Origin: Rhodospirillales bacterium
GTDB lineage: Bacteria; Pseudomonadota; Alphaproteobacteria; Rhodospirillales; 2-02-FULL-58-16
Assembly (NCBI GenBank): GCA_046756945.1
Contig: JBHHXI010000003.1
Span: 1-42,140 of the forward strand
Length of the DNA stretch: 42,140 nt
Reading direction: 5' to 3'
The translations under genes and the position numbers were made by a program. Below, one piece after another: positions 36,045 through 42,140 of this stretch; within the stretch, counting starts at the first letter, position 1, and the number at the start of each line of letters is the position of its first letter. Below the pieces are notes generated by a model. The model ran no database searches. It had not been told where the DNA came from and worked only from the letters and a program-made list of their open reading frames with translations.

Positions 36045-38492
36045 ATGACGTCCTTCGTTTCCATGTCCCTCAGGGCCGCCGTTCCGCTTCTCTTGATCGG
36101 ATTCTCCGGGTTATTGATTGCCTTCACCCTGTTCCACAGCGTGCCCGAGGTGGAGAGGGAGGTGGAGGAAAAAGCGCGCCGGCTGGTTTCCAATACCCTG
36201 GGCCATCTTCGGGGCACCCTGGAGTACCTGTACCGAAAGGGTGATACGGAAGGGGCACGGCGGGAGGTCGCGGACACCGGGTCCAATCCGGAACACAAGG
36301 TCGTACTGGTACTCGATGCAAACGATTCGATTATCGCGTCCAGCCGCCCGGCGTGGCTTGGCCGTGCCATCGCGGAGGTCAACACGTCCTTTGACGCCGC
36401 CGGCGCCCGGGAGGCCAGGAAGCGGCGCCTTCCACGCGTCGTCCTGGCGCCGGATCGCCGGTCCTTCCTCGGCTACGCCCCTGTAAGACTGGGGGCCGAC
36501 GGCGATGCGCCGCGGCCGTCCGCAACCGGCCTCGTATTCTTCCAGGGCGATGTCGGCCGGGCCAAGGCGGCGGCCCGCCGGCACGTCCTCGCCTACGCCA
36601 TGTACCCGCCCCTGTTCATCGGCACCCTGGCGGTGTTTTTTTGGCTGGCGTCCCACTTCATCGTCACCCGGCGATTGGCCCGGCTGCTCGGGGCGGCCGA
36701 GAAACTTGCCGGTGGCGACCTGACGGCGCGCAGCGGCCTCGAGGGCGGCGACGAACTGGGCCGGGTGGGCCGCGCCTTCGACAACGTGGCCCGCCAGATC
36801 GCCGATGCGCAGGCCCGGCTGGCGCACAGCGAGGAACGGTCCAGGGACATGGCCGAAGCGGCCTCGGACTGGTTCTGGGAAATGGACGAGAATCTGCGGT
36901 TCTCGTATTTCTCGGAACGGTTCGGCGCGGTGACGGGGGTCGATCCGGTCCACGTGCTGGGCAAGACCCGCGCCGACATGGGGAAGGGGAATATCGGCGA
37001 CAAAAAATGGCGCAGTCATCTGGCCGACCTCGAAGCGCACCGGCCGTTCCGGGATTTCCGCTACACGTTCTATTCGCCCGATGGCCGGACGCTCCATCTC
37101 AGGATCAGCGGCAGGCCGGTCTTCGACGCCGACGGGGTGTTCCGGGGCTATCGCGGCGTCGGTACCGACATCACTTCGCGCCAACGGGCGGAAGAGGCGC
37201 TGCGCGAGAGCGAGGAACGTCTGCGGGCGGTCATCGACAGCATGGTCATCGGCGTCATCACCATCGACGAGCAGGGCGTCGTCCAATCCTTCAGTCCGGG
37301 GGCCGAGCGCATGTTCGGATTTGCGCCGGGCGAGGTGGTGGGCAATAACGTCCGGATGCTCATGCCCGGGCCCCACCGTTCCGCGCACGACGGCTACATC
37401 GCCAACTATCTGACTACCGGGGAGGCCAGGATCATCGGCATGGGCCGCCAGGTCGACGGCCGGCGCAAGGACGGCTCCACGTTTCCAATGGAGCTGGAGG
37501 TCGGTGAAATGATGGCCGGCGGGCGGCGCCTGTTCTCCGGCGTCGTCCGGGACATCACCGTGCGCAAACAGGCCGAGGCGTCGCTGCGCGAGAGCGAGGC
37601 GCGGTTCAGGGCCGTCGTCGATCACTCGCCGGCCAAGATCCACATCAAGGATGCACAGGGGCGCTATACCCTGATCAACCGGGAAGCGGAGAAGCTGTTC
37701 GGCGTCACCGACGAAGAAGGCCGGGGCAAAACCTCCCACGAATTATTCCCCGAGGAGATCGCGGATTCCATCACCGCCCATGACCGCGCCGTGTTGGAAA
37801 CCGGGAGGATCGTCGAGGGTGAGGAGGCATGGCCGCGCGCGGGCGGGCTCCGCACCTATCTCACGGTCAAGTTTCCGATCCTCGACGCCGCCGGTGAGAT
37901 CGTCGCCGTCGGCGCCATTGGCACCGACATCACCGAAAGCAAGAAGGCGGAGGACCGCATCCGCCACCTGGCCACCCATGACGTCCTCACCGGCCTGCCC
38001 AACCGGGCGCTCGGCATGGACCGGCTTTCACAGGCATTGGCAATGGCCAGGCGCACTGCCGCCTTGGCGGCGCTGGTGTTCGTCGATCTGGACGGCTTCA
38101 AGGGGATCAACGACACCCACGGCCACCAGGCCGGAGACCGTGTGCTCAGGGAGGTGGCCGGACGGCTGAGCGCCTGCGTCCGCGAAACCGACACGGTGGC
38201 CCGGTTCGGTGGCGACGAGTTCCTTCTCGTGCTGACCGCCATGACCGACAAGGCGGCGGTTGCCGCCGTCGTCGAAAAGGCTCTTAAATCCCTGTCCCGG
38301 TCTTTTGCCGTGAACGGGCGGGTGACGCCGCTCGGCGCCAGCATCGGCGTCGCCCTCTATCCCGGGGACGGAGAAACGCCCGAAGAGCTGCTCAGGCACG
38401 CCGACAGGGCCATGTACGCGGCCAAGGGCGACGGCAAGAACACCTACCGCTTCGCCACCCGCGAACAGGCAACGACCCCCATCAGGGCTTGA
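36045..38492 (+). CDS. Membrane-bound diguanylate cyclase: 2 TM, periplasmic domain, HAMP, 3 PAS, GGDEF
   Basis: HAMP (GDLTAR...DELGRVGRAFD), three PAS/PAC, HDVLTGLPNR, RETD I-site, ARFGGDEF; no EAL domain. Confidence 0.93.
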   Translation: MTSFVSMSLRAAVPLLLIGFSGLLIAFTLFHSVPEVEREVEEKARRLVSNTLGHLRGTLEYLYRKGDTEGARREVADTGSNPEHKVVLVLDANDSIIASSRPAWLGRAIAEVNTSFDAAGAREARKRRLPRVVLAPDRRSFLGYAPVRLGADGDAPRPSATGLVFFQGDVGRAKAAARRHVLAYAMYPPLFIGTLAVFFWLASHFIVTRRLARLLGAAEKLAGGDLTARSGLEGGDELGRVGRAFDNVARQIADAQARLAHSEERSRDMAEAASDWFWEMDENLRFSYFSERFGAVTGVDPVHVLGKTRADMGKGNIGDKKWRSHLADLEAHRPFRDFRYTFYSPDGRTLHLRISGRPVFDADGVFRGYRGVGTDITSRQRAEEALRESEERLRAVIDSMVIGVITIDEQGVVQSFSPGAERMFGFAPGEVVGNNVRMLMPGPHRSAHDGYIANYLTTGEARIIGMGRQVDGRRKDGSTFPMELEVGEMMAGGRRLFSGVVRDITVRKQAEASLRESEARFRAVVDHSPAKIHIKDAQGRYTLINREAEKLFGVTDEEGRGKTSHELFPEEIADSITAHDRAVLETGRIVEGEEAWPRAGGLRTYLTVKFPILDAAGEIVAVGAIGTDITESKKAEDRIRHLATHDVLTGLPNRALGMDRLSQALAMARRTAALAALVFVDLDGFKGINDTHGHQAGDRVLREVAGRLSACVRETDTVARFGGDEFLLVLTAMTDKAAVAAVVEKALKSLSRSFAVNGRVTPLGASIGVALYPGDGETPEELLRHADRAMYAAKGDGKNTYRFATREQATTPIRA

Positions 38493-38547
38493 CGTTTGGC
38501 CCGCCACGGCGGCCATGGCGGCACGCGTGGCCGCCCGGACGATGGCG

Positions 38548-39030
38548 TTACGGCGCGGCCCCGGCGGCGCCGGCCAGGGCGTCCAGGGCGCCCTGCAGGA
38601 TGTAGGCGGCGGCGGCCTTGTCGATCACCTGGGCGCGGCGCCGGCGCGACATGTCCGCCTCCCTGATCAGCACGCGCTCCACCGCCGCCGTCGACAGGCG
38701 TTCGTCCCAGAACGCGATCGGCATATCCATCCGCTCCAGCAGGTTGGCGGCGAACCGGCGCACCGACTGACAGCGCCGGCCTTCGGTGCCGTCCATCTGG
38801 ACCGGCAGCCCGATGACCAGGCCGCCGACGCCGTGCTCGTCGATGGTCCGGCGCAGGCGCTCGGCGTCCTTCGCGAACGTGGTGCGCCGCAGCGTCCGGT
38901 AGGGCGTGGCGATGGTGCGGGTGACATCGGAAAGCGCCAGCCCGACCGTCTTCGACCCTACGTCGAGGCCGAGAAGGCGGCTGTCGGGCGCAAGCTGCGC
39001 CGTCAGCTCCTGCAAGGTCGTGACTGCCAT
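38548..39030 (-). CDS. ruvX: Pre-16S rRNA nuclease / resolvase-like YqgF
   Basis: LGLDVGSKTVGLALSD, VIGLP, WDERLST, IDKAAAAYILQG. Confidence 0.95.
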   Translation of the reverse strand: MAVTTLQELTAQLAPDSRLLGLDVGSKTVGLALSDVTRTIATPYRTLRRTTFAKDAERLRRTIDEHGVGGLVIGLPVQMDGTEGRRCQSVRRFAANLLERMDMPIAFWDERLSTAAVERVLIREADMSRRRRAQVIDKAAAAYILQGALDALAGAAGAAP

Positions 39031-39255
39031 GGGACCCGTTCCGCCCGCTCGTTGCCGGCGCCGGCCACAGTACTGCCCCCGAGCCGGCGAAGTCGAGCCC
39101 GCACCGGGCCCCGGGCGCGACCGGGAAAAGACAGTGGAGGGAACCCGTCCGGTCGACTATCATGCCCGGTAACCCATTGGTATTCCTGATCCTTGCCGGG
39201 TGGGGGCTGACACGACATGGGGATGGCTGCCGCCCGTCGCCGGAAAAAGCGAGCC

Positions 39256-40038
39256 ATGCGGTTTCGTATTGCGGTTCTGGTCCTGGTTGCCGGCCTCGTC
39301 CATGCCGGGGCCGTCGGCGCGCAGGAAACGTTCCTCGGCGTTGCCGTGGAGCCGGCCTCGGGGACCTACCTGGTGTTGAAGCCGGTCAACATCCGCGCCG
39401 GGCCGACGACCAGTGCCAAGCGCCTCGGGCGCCTGAAGAAGGGCGAGAAGGTCCACGCGGTCGGCCAGGCCGCGGACGCCGCGTGGCTGGCCGTGACAAA
39501 GGACGGCAAGGACCTGGGGTTCGTCTACGCATCCGTGCTGCTTCCGCTGATCGACGGCTTCCTGGCCGGGGACCTCACCGGGAAGGCGACCGTTCCCGGC
39601 GGGCCGTCTTGCGATTACGCCGTCCATTTCGAGGGCAAGAGCGCGGTCGAGGGCGAATTCTTCGAAATCGCCGATTACGAGGTCACCTACCGCTGCGACA
39701 ACAAGGGCGCGAAGATCGACATTCCGGCCCTCATGTTCATCACCGAGGCGCCCTACAACCTGTCGCAAAACCAGGTCTACCAGATCAGCATCGACATCCT
39801 GGAGATCGAAAACGGCTATGACGAGATCTTCTCCACAATCCTGCTGTATAAGCGCAAGGAAGAGAAAGTCGTGTTCGACAGCGTCACCCTGAAGGAATTC
39901 CGCGCCGTGCCGCCGGTCGCGGAAAGACCGGCCAAGACCGTCGGCGATGCGCTCGCCGCGGCGGTCGAGATCGCCCCCGGCGCATGGAACAGCGAGGTGT
40001 GGGAGGTCCTCGCCCGGGCCCAGGGTCCAGGACACTAA
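39256..40038 (+). CDS. Exported protein with bacterial SH3 domain
   Basis: Signal peptide; VNIRAGPTT...[10 protein letters not shown]...WLAV...GFVYASVL; unknown C-terminal domain. Confidence 0.8.
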   Translation: MRFRIAVLVLVAGLVHAGAVGAQETFLGVAVEPASGTYLVLKPVNIRAGPTTSAKRLGRLKKGEKVHAVGQAADAAWLAVTKDGKDLGFVYASVLLPLIDGFLAGDLTGKATVPGGPSCDYAVHFEGKSAVEGEFFEIADYEVTYRCDNKGAKIDIPALMFITEAPYNLSQNQVYQISIDILEIENGYDEIFSTILLYKRKEEKVVFDSVTLKEFRAVPPVAERPAKTVGDALAAAVEIAPGAWNSEVWEVLARAQGPGH

Positions 40039-40197
40039 TCAGGGGCCGGCGATCCACAGTGCCGTCGCCGGCCTCCCCCACCGGCGTCCCCTTTCCCGCC
40101 CGGCCCCAAGGGTGTTACCTTCCCGGCCGCGCCCCGGAGACCATGTCCCGTTTTCCCGTTTTCCGGGGCGCCCGTGCTTTTCGTGGAGACGCGACCC

Positions 40198-40481
40198 ATG
40201 GCGCTGGACAAGGCCACCGTCAAGACCATCGCCTTCCTCGCCCGCATCAAGGTGCCGGACGAGGACCTGGAACACCTGGCCGGCGAGCTGTCGAACATCC
40301 TCGGCTGGGTCGAGCAGCTGGGCGAGGTGGACACCGAAGGTGTCGAGCCCATGACCAGCGGCGCCGAGATGACCTCGCCCGAACGCGAGGACTCGGTGAC
40401 CGACGGCGACGCACGGGACCAGGTGCTGGCCAACGCGCCGGAGGCCGACGACGGCTTCTACGCCGTCCCCAAGGTGATCGA

Positions 40482-40485
<4 letters not shown>
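40198..40485 (+). CDS. gatC: Asp/Glu-tRNA amidotransferase subunit C
   Basis: [29 protein letters not shown]...FYAVPKVIE. Confidence 0.95.
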
Positions 40486-41966
<1,481 letters not shown>

Positions 41967-42054
41967 AGGCCGTGGCTTGGATTGATCATGCAAGGTTCTC
42001 AATGCCTCCGTTTGCGCTACCGATGATTACGTGATCGGGTAGGCTGGTAAGGTT

Positions 42055-42140
42055 TAGCAGGCTGCTGAAAAAGGGCGTTGCTGGTACCTTATGCTTCGAG
42101 ACGGCGCTCCGCGCCTCCTCAGCATGAGGGGTAAGTGTTT
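42055..42140. mobile_element. Probable left end of a MITE/IS-derived element, cut by the window edge
   Basis: TAGCAGGCTGCTGAAAAAG resembles IS terminal inverted repeats as I recall them (IS5/IS1182-like); partner end and transposase not in the window. Confidence 0.45.
42087..42129. repeat. Alphaproteobacterial REP/RPE-like palindromic element
   Basis: CCTTATGCT-TCGAGAC-GGCGC-TCC-GCGCC-TCCTC-AGCATGAGG nested hairpin, similar to the CTCATxxTGAGGAG...GTCTCGAA intergenic repeat type. Confidence 0.7.

Overview
A very GC-rich chromosomal segment from an alphaproteobacterium. Gene content and order point to a Rhodospirillales-like organism (inferred). The housekeeping backbone is tRNA-Glu(CUC), ltaE, rluD-rpoH, hisZ-purA, divK, rpmG, rnr-topA-dprA-plsY-pyrC'-pyrB, ruvX and gatC-gatA. 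Accessory modules are inserted into it: a lipoprotein plus GT2 pair and a collapsed pirin gene beyond the tRNA 3' end; a membrane-anchored pseudokinase with a small membrane partner; a coupled ChaN-PDZ and M1-peptidase pair divergent from a GGT; a GtrB-like GT2, GT-C-like membrane protein and two methyltransferases; and a HAMP-PAS(heme)-GGDEF diguanylate cyclase. The strongest unannotated signal is at 22.9-23.95 kb. A Crp-family regulator with a CRP-type recognition helix is followed by a perfect TGTGA-N6-TCACA box at class II spacing (-41.5) from an extended -10 element. That promoter would drive a 47-aa signal-peptide protein whose 3' UTR looks like an anti-Shine-Dalgarno sRNA. Other signals read from the sequence: a LexA box over the dprA promoter, a microhomology-collapsed pirin pseudogene, divK without pleD, and a MITE/REP-like element at the right edge. 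No integrase, transposase or CRISPR array was seen. All family calls come from motif recognition by eye, not database searches.
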